A DNA stretch of 56,746 nucleotides from Acidobacteriaceae bacterium (GTDB lineage: Bacteria; Acidobacteriota; Terriglobia; Terriglobales; Acidobacteriaceae): contig JBAVDD010000093.1 of the NCBI GenBank assembly GCA_049587035.1, forward strand, positions 1 to 56,746, given 5' to 3'. Every line of letters starts with the position of its first letter. The stretch's first letter is position 1. Of this stretch, positions 1 through 11,197 are shown piece by piece. A program made the position numbers and the translations under genes. Below the pieces are notes generated by a model. That model was not told the origin of the DNA. It ran no database searches and saw only the letters and a program-made list of their open reading frames with translations.

Positions 1-89
1 CCCAACTTCAGGCTCTCTACACTCTTGTATGATTCAGCTCTCATCGCAATAACCTCCCGGCCCCCATCCAAACTTCGGAGCGCTCCCTC

Positions 90-1100
90 ATGCCTCAGCC
101 CAATCCAGAACACATCCTTCAAACAGGTCTAGGCTTCTGGTCTGCGAAGACCCTTCTCAGCGCCGTAGAGATGCAGCTCTTCACCGAGCTAGCCAGGCAG
201 CCCCGCCCGCTCTCCGAGCTCAGCGAGCGCCTCGGCCTTCACCCCCGCGCCGCCGCAGACTTCCTCGACGCGCTCGTCGCACTCGGCTTCCTCCAACGTC
301 ACGACGGCATCTATCGCAACACGCCCGACACCGACCTCTTCCTCGACAGCAAAAAGCCCTCCTACATCGGCGGCATCCTCGAGATGGCAAACCATCGCCT
401 CTATCCCTTCTGGGGCAATCTCACCACCGCCCTCCGCACCGGAGAACCGCAAAACGAGACCAGCCGCGGCGAACCCAGTCCCTTCACCTCGCTCTACGCC
501 GATCCCGCGTGCCTCGCAGGCTTCCTCAAGGCCATGACCGGCATCAGCCACGGCGCCAACATGACCATCGCTCGCCAGTTCGCATTCAAGGACTACACCT
601 CCGCCGTCGACGTCGGCACCGCCCAGGGCGATCTCATCACCCAGGTCGCCCTCGCCCATCCCCACCTCACCGGCACCGGCTTCGATCTACCCGAAGTCGG
701 CCCCATCTTCAAAGACTACGTAGCCACGAACAACCTCTCCACCCGCGTCCGCTTCCAGCCCGGCAGTTTCTTCGACCAACCCATCCCCTCAGCCGACGTA
801 GTCATGATGGGCCACATCCTCCACGACTGGGATCTCCCCACCAAGTCCATGCTCATCCGCAAAGCCTACGAAGCCCTGCCCACCGGTGGCGCCTTCATCG
901 TCTACGACTCCATCATCGATGACGACCGCTCCCAAAACGCCTTCGGCCTCCTCGCCAGCCTCAACATGCTCATCGAAACGCCCGGCGGCTTCGACTACAC
1001 CGGCGCCGACTGCATGGGCTGGATGCAGCAGGCAGGCTTCCACTCCACACGCGTCGAACCTCTCCTTGGCCCCGAGTCCATGGTGATCGGCATAAAGTAA
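90..1100 (+). CDS. SAM-dependent O-methyltransferase (Methyltransf_2 family, N-terminal dimerisation domain)
   Basis: [11 protein letters not shown]-binding motif, FDLPEV, GSFF, HILHDW catalytic motif. Confidence 0.9.
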   Translation: MPQPNPEHILQTGLGFWSAKTLLSAVEMQLFTELARQPRPLSELSERLGLHPRAAADFLDALVALGFLQRHDGIYRNTPDTDLFLDSKKPSYIGGILEMANHRLYPFWGNLTTALRTGEPQNETSRGEPSPFTSLYADPACLAGFLKAMTGISHGANMTIARQFAFKDYTSAVDVGTAQGDLITQVALAHPHLTGTGFDLPEVGPIFKDYVATNNLSTRVRFQPGSFFDQPIPSADVVMMGHILHDWDLPTKSMLIRKAYEALPTGGAFIVYDSIIDDDRSQNAFGLLASLNMLIETPGGFDYTGADCMGWMQQAGFHSTRVEPLLGPESMVIGIK

Positions 1101-1125
1101 CCTTCGCCGGGTAGACTGAACAAGC

Positions 1126-2487
1126 ATGTCAACCGAACCCATACCCGTACCCGCCGCCTCAACGTACACCACCATCGCCAACATCGGCCACCACGAAGGC
1201 CAATCCGTAACCATCCGCGGCTGGCTCTACAACCTCCGCGCCTCCGGCAAGCTTCTCTTCCCCATCTTCCGCGACGGCACCGGTACCATCCAGGGCATCG
1301 TCCCCAAAGCCGCCGTACCCGAGCACGTATTCGAGACCCTCAAGTCCCTGACCCTCGAATCCTCCCTCACCGTCACCGGCCGCGTCCGCGCCGACACCCG
1401 CGCACCCTCCGGCTTCGAGCTCGACGTCGACGACCTCACCGTAACCCAGCGCGTAGCCGACGAAACCCCCTTCCCCATCCAGCTAAAAGAAGCCGGCGTC
1501 GACTTCCTCATGGAGCACCGCCACCTCTGGATCCGCACCCCCCGCCAATCCGCCATCCTACGCATCCGCGCAACAATCATGCGCGCCGCCGCCGAATACT
1601 TCGACACCAACGGCTTCATCCGCACCGATCCACCCATCCTCACCCCCAACGCCTGCGAAGGCACTTCTGAACTCTTCGAGATGGACTACTTCGACCAGGA
1701 CAAAGCCTACTTAACCCAATCCGGCCAGCTCTACGTCGAAGCCACCGCCATGGCCTTAGGCCGCGTCTACAGCTTCGGCCCCACCTTCCGCGCCGAAAAA
1801 TCCAAAACCCGTCGTCACCTCACCGAGTTCTGGATGATCGAACCCGAAGTCACCTACATGGACCTCGACGGCCTCATGGACCTCGCCCAGTCCTTCCTAA
1901 CCCACATCATCAAACGCGTCCTCGAAGCCCACACCCCCGACCTGAAAACCATAGGCAAAGACGTCACCAAGCTCGAAGCCATCATCACCCCCTCGCCCTA
2001 CCCGCGCCTAACCTACGACGAAGCCCACGCCATGCTCCTCAAAGCCCACGACGACGGCCTGATCGAAACCGCCCACATCTACGGCGACGACTTCGGCAGC
2101 CCCGACGAGACCTTCATCAGCTCCCAATTCACCAAGCCCGTAATGGTGCACCGCTACCCCGCGGCAGTAAAAGCCTTCTACATGCAGCCCGACCCCGTCG
2201 ACCCCACCAAGGCCCTCTGCGTAGACGTGCTAGCCCCCGAAGGCTACGGCGAAATCATAGGCGGCTCGCAACGCGTAGACGACTACAACCTGCTAGCCAC
2301 CCGCATAGCCGAACACAACCTACCGCAAGCAGCCTTCCAGTGGTACCTCGACCTGCGCAAATACGGCACCGTCCCCCACTCAGGCTTCGGTATGGGCATA
2401 GAACGCTGCGTAGCCTGGATCTGCGGCTTAGAACACGTGCGAGAAACCATCCCCTTCGCCAGAACCCTCAACCGCATCTACCCGTAA
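1126..2487 (+). CDS. asnS: Asparagine--tRNA ligase
   Basis: N-terminal OB fold; [45 protein letters not shown] class IIb motifs. Confidence 0.97.
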   Translation: MSTEPIPVPAASTYTTIANIGHHEGQSVTIRGWLYNLRASGKLLFPIFRDGTGTIQGIVPKAAVPEHVFETLKSLTLESSLTVTGRVRADTRAPSGFELDVDDLTVTQRVADETPFPIQLKEAGVDFLMEHRHLWIRTPRQSAILRIRATIMRAAAEYFDTNGFIRTDPPILTPNACEGTSELFEMDYFDQDKAYLTQSGQLYVEATAMALGRVYSFGPTFRAEKSKTRRHLTEFWMIEPEVTYMDLDGLMDLAQSFLTHIIKRVLEAHTPDLKTIGKDVTKLEAIITPSPYPRLTYDEAHAMLLKAHDDGLIETAHIYGDDFGSPDETFISSQFTKPVMVHRYPAAVKAFYMQPDPVDPTKALCVDVLAPEGYGEIIGGSQRVDDYNLLATRIAEHNLPQAAFQWYLDLRKYGTVPHSGFGMGIERCVAWICGLEHVRETIPFARTLNRIYP

Positions 2488-2651
2488 GACATCTCGTCAA
2501 ACCACATTCGCGTAAACGCACAGGATCGGCTATCGAGACACGTTATAAATGAATCCAAAACATCCCTATATCAACTATGTACCATCCTTGCTATTGTTGA
2601 CTCACGATGGGCATGACGCTTGACATTTGGCGAAGGAAAGGCGAAAATTTC

Positions 2652-3533
2652 ATGATGCACACTCCCACCGTTTCTCCGTTTCGCGAAATGGGGGCTTATG
2701 AAGCACTCTGGTCACAGAGTGGCGCGAGTTTCAAGACTTTAGCTGAGAAATTCGCCTCGCCTGGAGCAGAACTACCCTCTTCTCATGTACAAGCATCAAT
2801 AACGAATAAGTTTGCGAGTCTGGCGCTAGATGTACTCAAGACAGCTGGGGTTGGCCCTTTTGGCGTGAAAATTAGAGGTACTGCAGACTTTCCCACCGGA
2901 TTAAAGGACGCGGCCCACCCTTTAGCGCTTCTCTATTTTCGAGGCTGGTGGGAACATCTCGAAAATCGTGCAATCGCCGTAGTCGGAACTAGGCAGCCAA
3001 GCCAAAATGGTGCAGCGAGTGGCCGCACACTGGTTCGGGAGCTCGTCAGAAATTACAAGATGACTATCGTGTCTGGCTTAGCAAAGGGCGTCGACACAAT
3101 CGCACATACAACTGCTATTAGGGAGGGCGGCGCCACAGTGGCTGTTCTCGGAACTCCCATTCACGAGGCCTTCCCTGCAGATAATAGGAAGTTGTTCGAT
3201 GAAATCGCCCGGAACCATCTGATCATCAGCCAGGTGCCAATTTATCGATGGACAACAAGCCCTTATCCAAGCCGAAAGTTTTTCTTCCCTGAGAGAAACG
3301 TGACTATGTCTGCTCTCACCTCGGCGACAGTGATTGTTGAGGCTGGTGAAACCTCTGGCACTTTGATTCAAGCTCGCGCTGCGTTGGCTCAAGGCCGGAA
3401 ACTATTTCTATTAGAGGAGTGCTTCCGCGACAAGACATTGAGTTGGCCACTCACGTATTTGAAAAAAGGTGCTATCCGGGTTGGCTCAGCCTCGGAAATT
3501 ATGGAGCACATGCCCGATGCTCTTACAAATTGA
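2652..3533 (+). CDS. DprA/SMF-like Rossmann-fold (SLOG) protein; candidate ShosA-like antitoxin
   Basis: LYFRG, IAVVGTRQPS, IVSGLAKGVDTIAH, FPERNVTMSAL, VIVEAGETSGTL motifs; no C-terminal winged helix; start could be 2607, 2652 or 2655. Confidence 0.88.
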   Translation: MMHTPTVSPFREMGAYEALWSQSGASFKTLAEKFASPGAELPSSHVQASITNKFASLALDVLKTAGVGPFGVKIRGTADFPTGLKDAAHPLALLYFRGWWEHLENRAIAVVGTRQPSQNGAASGRTLVRELVRNYKMTIVSGLAKGVDTIAHTTAIREGGATVAVLGTPIHEAFPADNRKLFDEIARNHLIISQVPIYRWTTSPYPSRKFFFPERNVTMSALTSATVIVEAGETSGTLIQARAALAQGRKLFLLEECFRDKTLSWPLTYLKKGAIRVGSASEIMEHMPDALTN

Positions 3534-4122
3534 CGATCTGACTAGACTAGATCATTTTTTGATCAGTCCCGCTGACACCTGCTACTACATACGCGAGTAC
3601 ACAAGCCGTGAGGGCTACCAAGCTAGCCCGAATAATCAGCTTGTATTCAATCTCAAGTGCCCACTAGGAGCCACCTCTGGCCGTCTTCATTACAAGCAGA
3701 TAGCAGTACGACAAGCTGCGAAAGATATAGCTGATGCCCTTAGCGGGCTCCAAGTAGACGGCGTCGTCTTTATTCCCCTTCCGCCTTCTAAATGCTCGGG
3801 TTCTCCGCTGCACGACCCTCGCGTTAGGGACATGCTCCGCGAAGCCGAGACTAGGATTGGGATTCGCGTGGTAGAAGCACTTAGTACAGTAGTCGATCGG
3901 GAGGCAGCTCATGTGAACGATGAGCGTCCTACTGTTGACGAAGTTGCGGCGACCTTGCAGGTAAGCTCCTTGGATTGGACAAACGCACGGACTGTGGTCG
4001 TCTTTGACGATGTCCTTGTCACAGGGACTCAATTTAAAGCGGCGGTCCAGCTATTGAGGTCGCACAACCCGAATGCAGAATTTATCGGAATGTTTTGGGT
4101 TCGACGGAGAATAACGGCTTAG
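3517..4122 (+). CDS. ComF-like phosphoribosyltransferase-domain protein; candidate toxin
   Basis: IPLPPSK and VVVFDDVLVTGTQF (PRPP-binding loop); ATG at 3517 follows GGAG and overlaps the DprA-like gene end. Confidence 0.8.
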   Translation: MLLQIDDLTRLDHFLISPADTCYYIREYTSREGYQASPNNQLVFNLKCPLGATSGRLHYKQIAVRQAAKDIADALSGLQVDGVVFIPLPPSKCSGSPLHDPRVRDMLREAETRIGIRVVEALSTVVDREAAHVNDERPTVDEVAATLQVSSLDWTNARTVVVFDDVLVTGTQFKAAVQLLRSHNPNAEFIGMFWVRRRITA

Positions 4123-4150
4123 AAATAGTCGGGTGCTGGGCGCCAAATTC

Positions 4151-4618
4151 CTACGCCACAGCCAACTCCAGACTCTTCGCCACCTGCCCCAGCACCTGCG
4201 TCGGATGCACCGGCTTCGCCAGCAGCGGAAACCGATGCCCAGCATCATACGCACTTATCAAATCCAAACTAGTAGCATGCCCTGAAAACAGCACCACCTT
4301 GCACCCCGGAGCCATCGCCACCAACCCCAGCGCCAGCTCCACGCCATTCATCCCCGGCATCGCCACATCGCTGATCAGCAGGTCCGGAGGCTGCACACTC
4401 GCAATCTCCAGTGCCGTCCGTCCGTTATACGCCCGCACCGTGTTATACCCCGCCCTGGTCAGAATCATCGCCAGCGTATCGGCCACCAGCGGCTCATCGT
4501 CCACCACCAGCACAATCGGCCTGTTTTCGCTGCTTTCCGTCAAATCCTCCACTGGAACCTGATCCAGCGGAACTTCCATCACATTCAGTAACCTGTCCAT
4601 CGGGCAACCCTCTATCAA
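4151..4618 (-). CDS. Single-domain response regulator (receiver domain)
   Basis: VLVVDDE, DLLISDVAMPGMNG, LFSG, KP motifs; true start may be slightly internal. Confidence 0.9.
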   Translation of the reverse strand: MIEGCPMDRLLNVMEVPLDQVPVEDLTESSENRPIVLVVDDEPLVADTLAMILTRAGYNTVRAYNGRTALEIASVQPPDLLISDVAMPGMNGVELALGLVAMAPGCKVVLFSGHATSLDLISAYDAGHRFPLLAKPVHPTQVLGQVAKSLELAVA

Positions 4619-4650
4619 GACCCTAAGCGACTCGTTTCATTATGGGTTAA

Positions 4651-4681
4651 CTCTTTCCCATCTCCTTCCATCTCTTTCCAA
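4651..4681. repeat. Three ~10-bp pyrimidine tandem repeats
   Basis: ctctttccca tctccttcca tctctttcca. Confidence 0.6.
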
Positions 4682-4858
4682 TCACCTCTCGTCTCAGCCA
4701 AATCATGTCTCAAAAGTCCTTGGATTAGCATCTCGAAAGCGATACGTCGTATCACCTTCATATTCTTTTAGGTATTTTATTTGTCGTAATTAGGCAACGA
4801 CTCGTTACGTTATCGCGTCGATTACATGATAGGGTCATTGGTATAGGGAGGCCTGTCC

Positions 4859-5152
4859 ATGGACGACAACGAGAGAGTCCCAGATGCCCGCGTTCGCTTC
4901 CGCTCGATTTTGCAGACGGATGTCCCCAAAGGACGTGACGGTAAACATAAGAAAATCATCACCGAGTTGCTCGACGACATTGCCCACCTCAAGGTCGGCT
5001 CCGCCTTAAGAATCCCCCTCGCCGACCTACCCGACACCAAAGAGAACATTCGCGCCGCCCTCAGCCGTGCCGCCATCCAGAAAGAAATCGCCCTCGCCAC
5101 CTCCAGCGACACCGAGTTCCTGTACGTCTGGAAGACCAACGAAGGCAACTAG
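4859..5152 (+). CDS. Small hypothetical protein (97 aa)
   Basis: GGGAGG SD before ATG, host-like codon usage. Confidence 0.75.
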   Translation: MDDNERVPDARVRFRSILQTDVPKGRDGKHKKIITELLDDIAHLKVGSALRIPLADLPDTKENIRAALSRAAIQKEIALATSSDTEFLYVWKTNEGN

Positions 5153-5306
5153 CCCCCGCGGCCAACCCGGCCCAGCCACTCTCCACACTCCAAATCGACA
5201 CCCCGCTCGATACCCAAGCTCTATCTCACTTCCCCCCGACGCACCTCTGCGCCCCGCGCGCACATCCAACTCCCATCTAAATCAAGCCGCAGCTCGAGAG
5301 GACACC

Positions 5307-6278
5307 ATGAACATCGCCGCCAACGCCACCGAACTCATCGGCCGCACGCCCCTGGTCCAACTGAATCGCGTGACCGCCGGCTGTAACGCTCGCGTGGTCG
5401 TCAAGCTCGAGAGCAACAACCCCGTCTCCAGCGTCAAAGATCGCATCGGTTTCGCCATGATCCAGGCCGCCGAGCGCGAAGGCAAGATCACCCCCGGCGT
5501 CACCACCCTCATCGAGCCCACCAGCGGCAACACCGGCATCGCCCTCGCCTTCGCCGCCGCCGTCAAAGGCTACAAAATCATCCTCACCATGCCCGAAACC
5601 ATGTCCCTCGAGCGCCGCATCCTGCTCCTCGCCTTCGGTGCTGAAATCGTCCTAACCCCCGGCCCCAACGGCATGAAGGGCGCCATTGCCAAGGCAGAAG
5701 AGATCCTCGCCCAGACCCCCAACGGCTACATGCCCCAGCAGTTCAACAACCCCGCCAACCCCAAAATCCACCTCGACACCACCGGCCCCGAGATCTGGAA
5801 CGACACCGACGGCACCGCCGACATCCTCATCTCCGGCGTCGGCACCGGCGGCACCCTAACCGGCGTCAGCGAGTACATGAAAGCCCGCAACCCCAACTTC
5901 TGGACCGTAGCCGTAGAACCCACCGACAGCGCCGTCCTCTCCGGCGGCAAGCCCGGCCCCCACAAGATCCAGGGCATCGGCGGCGGCTTCATCCCCCAGG
6001 TCCTCGACACCAACCTCATCGACGAAATCATCCAGGTAACCAACGACGAAGCCCTCACCATGGCCCGCCGCCTACCCAAGGAAGAAGGTCTGCTCGTAGG
6101 AATCTCCAGCGGCGCCGCCGTCCACGCAGCATTAAAAGTGGCCAACGAACCCCGCCACGCCAACAAACTAATCGTAGTCATCATCCCCAGCTCCGGCGAG
6201 CGCTACCTCTCCACCGTCCTCTTCGACGACCTACGCCAGCAAGCCCTCAACACCCCCATCTCTCCCATCACCACCTAA
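5307..6278 (+). CDS. cysK: Cysteine synthase A
   Basis: SVKDRI PLP lysine, [29 protein letters not shown] before ATG 5307. Confidence 0.96.
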   Translation: MNIAANATELIGRTPLVQLNRVTAGCNARVVVKLESNNPVSSVKDRIGFAMIQAAEREGKITPGVTTLIEPTSGNTGIALAFAAAVKGYKIILTMPETMSLERRILLLAFGAEIVLTPGPNGMKGAIAKAEEILAQTPNGYMPQQFNNPANPKIHLDTTGPEIWNDTDGTADILISGVGTGGTLTGVSEYMKARNPNFWTVAVEPTDSAVLSGGKPGPHKIQGIGGGFIPQVLDTNLIDEIIQVTNDEALTMARRLPKEEGLLVGISSGAAVHAALKVANEPRHANKLIVVIIPSSGERYLSTVLFDDLRQQALNTPISPITT

Positions 6279-6287
6279 CGGCTCTTT

Positions 6288-6341
6288 CCAATAGATCGTC
6301 TACTGGTGTATACCTATCTCCGGTAGATGTTCTACGGGAGA
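6288..6341. promoter_or_regulatory. Two TAGA-N3-TCTA palindromes, likely PadR operators
   Basis: CCAATAGA-TCG-TCTACTGG (6288-6306) and TCTCCGGTAGA-TGT-TCTACGGGAGA (6317-6341) directly upstream of padR. Confidence 0.7.
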
Positions 6342-6348
6342 GACGAAA

Positions 6349-6708
6349 ATGGCTCGATCGAAAAAAGAGCAGGAGATGCTACTCGGTACGCTCGACATGC
6401 TCATCCTGCAAACCCTCGTCCTGGGAGCCGCGCACGGACACACGATCGCGCACGTGATCGAGCACACATCCGACGACGTGCTGCAGATCGAGCAGGGATC
6501 GCTCTATCCGGCGCTTCATCGGCTGGAAGATCGGCGCTGGGTCTCGTCTTATTGGGGAACGAGCGAGAACAACCGCAAGGCGCGCTTTTATCGGCTGACG
6601 GCGGCCGGACGCAGACAGCTTATGGCGGAGACCAACCGCTGGCAGACCATGGTAAAGGCGATCGGACGCGTGCTGAGGTCTACCGCCCGCGCAGCTGAGC
6701 AGGAATGA
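6349..6708 (+). CDS. PadR-family regulator, acidobacterial type
   Basis: GTLDMLIL, HGHTIA, QGSLYPALHRLE, ENNRKARFYRLT. Confidence 0.93.
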   Translation: MARSKKEQEMLLGTLDMLILQTLVLGAAHGHTIAHVIEHTSDDVLQIEQGSLYPALHRLEDRRWVSSYWGTSENNRKARFYRLTAAGRRQLMAETNRWQTMVKAIGRVLRSTARAAEQE

Positions 6709-6718
6709 AGGATTGCCG

Positions 6719-9397
6719 ATGAGCTTCCGCCGCTATCTTCGACGACGCCATTGGGACGGGGAGCGCATGCGCGAGATGGAGGCCCATCTTTCGCAGGAGA
6801 CAGACGACAACATAGCCCGCGGCCTGACACCGCAGGAAGCGCGCCGCCAGGCGCATATCAAGTTCGGCAATCCGGCCATCATCCGCGAGGAGATCTGGCA
6901 GATGAACAGTTTTTCCTTGATCGAGAATCTGGCCCAGAACATTCGTTATGCCATCCGGCAGTTGCTCCGCAGTCCCGGCTTCGCAGCTACCGCGGTCCTC
7001 ATGCTGGCCTTCGGCATCGGCGCCACCACCGCCATCTTCTCCATCGTCGACGGCGTTCTCCTGCGCCCACTGCCCTTTCCCAACCCCAACCGCCTCGTCA
7101 CCCTCGGCGACCTGGTGAGCGGGTACCACTGGACCGACCCCGGCTTCGTGACCGCACCCGAGGTGGCGACGTACCAGCGCGACACGCGCTCCTTTCAGAG
7201 CCTTGGCGCTTTCGCTTACGCGAGCTATGCGCTTTCGGGAGTTGGCCAGCCCGCCCAGATCCAGGCAGGCCGCATGACGCCCTCTGTCTTCTCCGTGCTA
7301 GGCGTCGCTCCGCTGCTGGGCCGCGTGTTCACCTCCGAGGAAGATCGGCAGAAGACCCGCGTCGCGGTGCTGAGCTACGCCGCCTGGAAGAGCCGCTTCA
7401 ACGCCAATCCCCATGTAATTGGAACCACCATCGACCTTGACCGGGAGCCCTATACCATCATCGGCGTTATGCCAAAGAGCTTCAGGTTTCCACTGTGGCC
7501 CAATCTCCACGGTTGGGAGCTATGGGTACCCATGAGCTTCACTGCGCAGGAACTTTCGCCGGAGGCCGGAGGGAACTGGGGGTATCTGTTTATGGTTGGC
7601 CGACTCAAGCCCGGTGTCACGGCAGCGCAGGCGCAGGACGACGCGCGCGTGGTGGCTGCGCAGATCATGCGTGACTTACCGTCCGACTTAACGAACCTCC
7701 ATATCAAGCCTGTGGTCTTTCCGCTGCACACAACCACGGTTGCCGATGCGCGTCCATTGCTGCGCATCCTTTTTCTTGCTGTGACCGTAGTGCTTCTGAT
7801 CGCGTGCGCAAACTTTGCGGGATTGCTACTAGTGCGTGCGATCCGGCGACAGCGCGAGACGGCGGTGCGGCTGGCGCTGGGAGCGTCGGCCAAGACGCTG
7901 CTGGGCCAGACGATCCTTGAGAGCCTCGTCATCAGCGTGATGGGCGCCATGCTCGGAATCGGACTGGCCGGTCTGGCTATCGCTATCGGAAGAAGCTTTT
8001 TGCCGAACCAAGTGCCACTGACGAACCAGATCACGCTCAACTGGACGGTGGCGGCCTTCGCGCTTCTGCTGGCGTTGCTCACGGGTGGGCTGTGCGGGCT
8101 GGCTCCGGGCTTCGCAGCCCTGCGCACCAACGTGAACGCCTCACTCAAAGAAGGCGCACGTAGCGGCTCGGCAAGCGGCGCACAAGCGCGCTTACGTTCG
8201 GTGCTGGTGGTGGCGGAGATTGCGATCGCGTTGGTACTGCTGTGCGCTTCAGGGCTGTTTCTGCGCAGCTACATGAAGATGAGCGATGTGGACCTCGGGT
8301 TCCAGCCCAACCGCGTGACCACCGCCTCCTATGCGCTGCCGCAGAAAGGATACGCGACGCAAGCGCGAGTCGATGCCTTTGATAGCCAACTGCTTCTCCG
8401 CCTGGGTCAGTTGCCGGGGGTTCAATCCGTCGGCCTGACCGACACCCCATACGGCGGCTTGGGCCAGCCCTTTATCGCGGAAGGCTATGTGAATCCGCGC
8501 GGAGCCGGGGTGACAGTGGCCGACAACCCCGGGGTGATCGGCCACTATTTCAAGGCGATGGGCATTCCGATACTCCGGGGCCGCTATTTTACGGATTCGG
8601 ATCATGCGAATGGTCAGCTCGTAGTCATCGTCAACCATAAGTTTGCGGAGCACTATTGGCCGAACCAGAACCCCCTCGGGAAACGCCTGCGCTACGGCCC
8701 GCAGAGATCTATCTATCCGTGGATGACAGTAGTCGGCGAAGTGGCCGACGCGAAGTTTAAGCCCGACAGCGACGCGATCCAGGAACGGGTCTACCAGCCT
8801 GTGGCGCAAATCGAGAAAGCTCTCGGTACCTATGCAACGCCTGCCGACCTGAACGGCAACGGTGGCGCCATCGTCGTGCGCTCCGCGCTGCCTCCAGAGC
8901 AGATGGAAGACGCGCTGCTTGCGACGGTCCGCGCTATTGACCCGCAACTGCCTCTCACGCAGATGCAAACCCTGGACCAGGTAATCGCAGGGACCGAACG
9001 TTTGCGCCGCTTCAACACGGTCGTGATCTCCAGCTTTGCTCTCGCCGCGGTTCTGCTGGCCATGCTTGGCATCTCCAGCATCATCTCCTTTTCCGTTGCC
9101 TCCCGCATGCAGGAGATGGGAATTCGCCTGGCCCTCGGCTCGCAGCGCTCGGCCATCGTGCGCCTCGTCCTCTCCTCCGGCCTCAAATTGGCTGCCGTGG
9201 GCTGCATTCTGGGACTGGCAGGCGCAGCCGCCGCGGCCAGTGTGCTGCGCTCCTTCCTCTTTCACGTGAGCCCCTTCGATCCAGCGGTGATGGCGCTCGC
9301 GGCGCTCGCCGTCCTTGTCCTGGCGATTGCGGCTTCAGCCCTCCCTGCTCTCAACGCCGCATCGGTCGACCCAATGCAGACCTTGCGCGGAGAGTGA
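6719..9397 (+). CDS. Acidobacterial duplicated orphan permease (ADOP; duplicated MacB/FtsX)
   Basis: [11 protein letters not shown] prefix, [41 protein letters not shown] end; start 6713 (TTG) or 6719 (ATG). Confidence 0.93.
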   Translation: MSFRRYLRRRHWDGERMREMEAHLSQETDDNIARGLTPQEARRQAHIKFGNPAIIREEIWQMNSFSLIENLAQNIRYAIRQLLRSPGFAATAVLMLAFGIGATTAIFSIVDGVLLRPLPFPNPNRLVTLGDLVSGYHWTDPGFVTAPEVATYQRDTRSFQSLGAFAYASYALSGVGQPAQIQAGRMTPSVFSVLGVAPLLGRVFTSEEDRQKTRVAVLSYAAWKSRFNANPHVIGTTIDLDREPYTIIGVMPKSFRFPLWPNLHGWELWVPMSFTAQELSPEAGGNWGYLFMVGRLKPGVTAAQAQDDARVVAAQIMRDLPSDLTNLHIKPVVFPLHTTTVADARPLLRILFLAVTVVLLIACANFAGLLLVRAIRRQRETAVRLALGASAKTLLGQTILESLVISVMGAMLGIGLAGLAIAIGRSFLPNQVPLTNQITLNWTVAAFALLLALLTGGLCGLAPGFAALRTNVNASLKEGARSGSASGAQARLRSVLVVAEIAIALVLLCASGLFLRSYMKMSDVDLGFQPNRVTTASYALPQKGYATQARVDAFDSQLLLRLGQLPGVQSVGLTDTPYGGLGQPFIAEGYVNPRGAGVTVADNPGVIGHYFKAMGIPILRGRYFTDSDHANGQLVVIVNHKFAEHYWPNQNPLGKRLRYGPQRSIYPWMTVVGEVADAKFKPDSDAIQERVYQPVAQIEKALGTYATPADLNGNGGAIVVRSALPPEQMEDALLATVRAIDPQLPLTQMQTLDQVIAGTERLRRFNTVVISSFALAAVLLAMLGISSIISFSVASRMQEMGIRLALGSQRSAIVRLVLSSGLKLAAVGCILGLAGAAAAASVLRSFLFHVSPFDPAVMALAALAVLVLAIAASALPALNAASVDPMQTLRGE

Positions 9398-9462
9398 TCC
9401 ATCGCGATGATCGCGCGCGGCTGCGGCCCAACCAACATCCGCCGCGCTATCATCAACCCACG

Positions 9463-10224
9463 ATGAACCTCTTCGAATCCATCAGCGAAGACACCCGCGT
9501 CGTCCGTGAGCGCGACCCCGCCGCAACCTCCCGGCTCATGGTCCTGCTCTGCTACCCCGGCCTGCAGGCCGTCTGGGTCTATCGCATCAACCACTGGCTC
9601 TGGTGCAAAAAATTCAAGCTCCTCGCCCGCCTACTCTCCCAGGTCGCCCGCTTCTTCACCGGCGTCGAGATCCACCCCGGCGCCACCATCGGCCGCCGCC
9701 TCTTCATCGACCACGGCATGGGCGTCGTCATCGGCGAAACCGCCACCGTCGGCAACGACGTCACCCTCTACCAGGGCGTCACCCTCGGCGGCACCGGCAA
9801 AACCGGCGGCAAGCGCCACCCCACCCTCCTCGACAACGTCTTCGTCGGCAACAACGCCAACATCCTCGGCAACATCACCATCGGCGAAAACTCCCGCGTC
9901 GGCGCCGGCTCTGTCGTCCTCCGCGACGTACCACCCGACTCCACCGTCGTCGGCGTCCCCGCCCACATCGTCTACCAGGCCGGCAAGCGCGTCCTCATCA
10001 CCGACCCCCACGACATCAACGACCCACTCTCCGACGTCCTCATCGCCCTCGCCGACCAGGTCAACTCCCTCCAGTCCCGCCTCGAGCGCCTCGACGGCGA
10101 GCTCCACCAGACACCCCCGGTCCCACTCGCCTCCCCCCTCATGGCCGAGCAGGAAGAACGAGCCCAGTACCGCACCGAGCTGCAATCCCGCACCGACTAC
10201 GTAGCCAACGGCGAGGGCATCTAG
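9463..10224 (+). CDS. cysE: Serine O-acetyltransferase
   Basis: [45 protein letters not shown] hexapeptide repeats. Confidence 0.95.
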   Translation: MNLFESISEDTRVVRERDPAATSRLMVLLCYPGLQAVWVYRINHWLWCKKFKLLARLLSQVARFFTGVEIHPGATIGRRLFIDHGMGVVIGETATVGNDVTLYQGVTLGGTGKTGGKRHPTLLDNVFVGNNANILGNITIGENSRVGAGSVVLRDVPPDSTVVGVPAHIVYQAGKRVLITDPHDINDPLSDVLIALADQVNSLQSRLERLDGELHQTPPVPLASPLMAEQEERAQYRTELQSRTDYVANGEGI

Positions 10225-10339
10225 CCTCCCAAAACACCCCTTAAATACACCCGGGACGCCCGTCTGCCGAAAAAGCAGCTCAAGCGTCCCGCGCGCAGCA
10301 CATAACCGGGTTCAACCCCGCCTAAAACTCACACTAGAA

Positions 10340-11020
10340 CTAGGGCTTTTTGGGCGTAGCCGCCGAAGCCGTAGTCTCCGTCCGAGGCAGCATATTCTTG
10401 GGCACAGGCGGCGGCGTCACCACATAAGCCACTTTTTCCCTCGACATAGGCTCCGGAGCCGACAGCGGCCACACATACGGCGCTTGTGTAGTGTTCCCAT
10501 AACCCATTCTAGGATAACGACTTACAGCAACAGTAGAACGGTCGAACCGCACATACACATCAGCCTTGTCCTTGTTCTTCCGCTTGGAAAGCAACGGCTC
10601 CTCACTGCTCAGCTCGAAGCTGTGACCACCCACCGTAAACGCCAGCCGGTCCCCATCAAACCCATCAGGAACCTTAACTCCCCCAGCCAAAGGCCCCATG
10701 GACACCACCGCCGTCCCTACACCCGGCACAAAGAAGTACATAAACCCTGTGCGCTCAATATCATAGTTCAGCTGAACCTTGCCCACCATGCCATCAATCA
10801 TCAACACCCCGTCGCGCACCCGCGCCGAGATCAGACGATCCGGCATCGTGTTATGCCAATCCCCGCTATGTGTTGAAGACAAGGAGTTTGTCCGCGATGC
10901 CGTTGACGCCGGAACCAGCTTTGCCTGCGCCTGCGCCTGCCCAACGGCAGCTGCAGCAAGAGCCCCCAAAGCGAATGTCGTACAAATCTTGGTAGAAAAT
11001 GAAGACACAAATACCTCCAA
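10340..11020 (-). CDS. Hypothetical secreted protein
   Basis: Signal-peptide-like N-terminus (ALGALAAAAVGQAQAQA), beta-rich body; start uncertain. Confidence 0.7.
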   Translation of the reverse strand: MEVFVSSFSTKICTTFALGALAAAAVGQAQAQAKLVPASTASRTNSLSSTHSGDWHNTMPDRLISARVRDGVLMIDGMVGKVQLNYDIERTGFMYFFVPGVGTAVVSMGPLAGGVKVPDGFDGDRLAFTVGGHSFELSSEEPLLSKRKNKDKADVYVRFDRSTVAVSRYPRMGYGNTTQAPYVWPLSAPEPMSREKVAYVVTPPPVPKNMLPRTETTASAATPKKP

Positions 11021-11197
11021 TCGATTTCTTGTCGTAGATTGTTTTGGTTCCTTACGACATCGATAGAAGCATCTGCATAACCAAATCCTTGTGTCCTACA
11101 ATCAAACAGTTACAGCCGAACAATCTTTAGTACTATGCAAACCTTTGCGTGCAGATGTGCGAAGTTTCTACCCACCAACATCGCCGAAACCCGCCGC

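Noticed and set aside
2652..4122. Housekeeping competence genes dprA/comF
   Set aside because: Foreign composition, DprA without C-terminal domain, PRTase without the ComF zinc ribbon, and overlapping two-gene layout favour a TA/defence cassette; not formally excluded.
5153..5306. Sulfur-related riboswitch upstream of cysK
   Set aside because: C-rich low-complexity sequence without SAM riboswitch or T-box consensus.
10251..10321. Hairpins between convergent cysE and the secreted-protein gene
   Set aside because: GGGACGC/GCGTCCC stem has a long loop and no U-tract; too weak to call a terminator or ncRNA.
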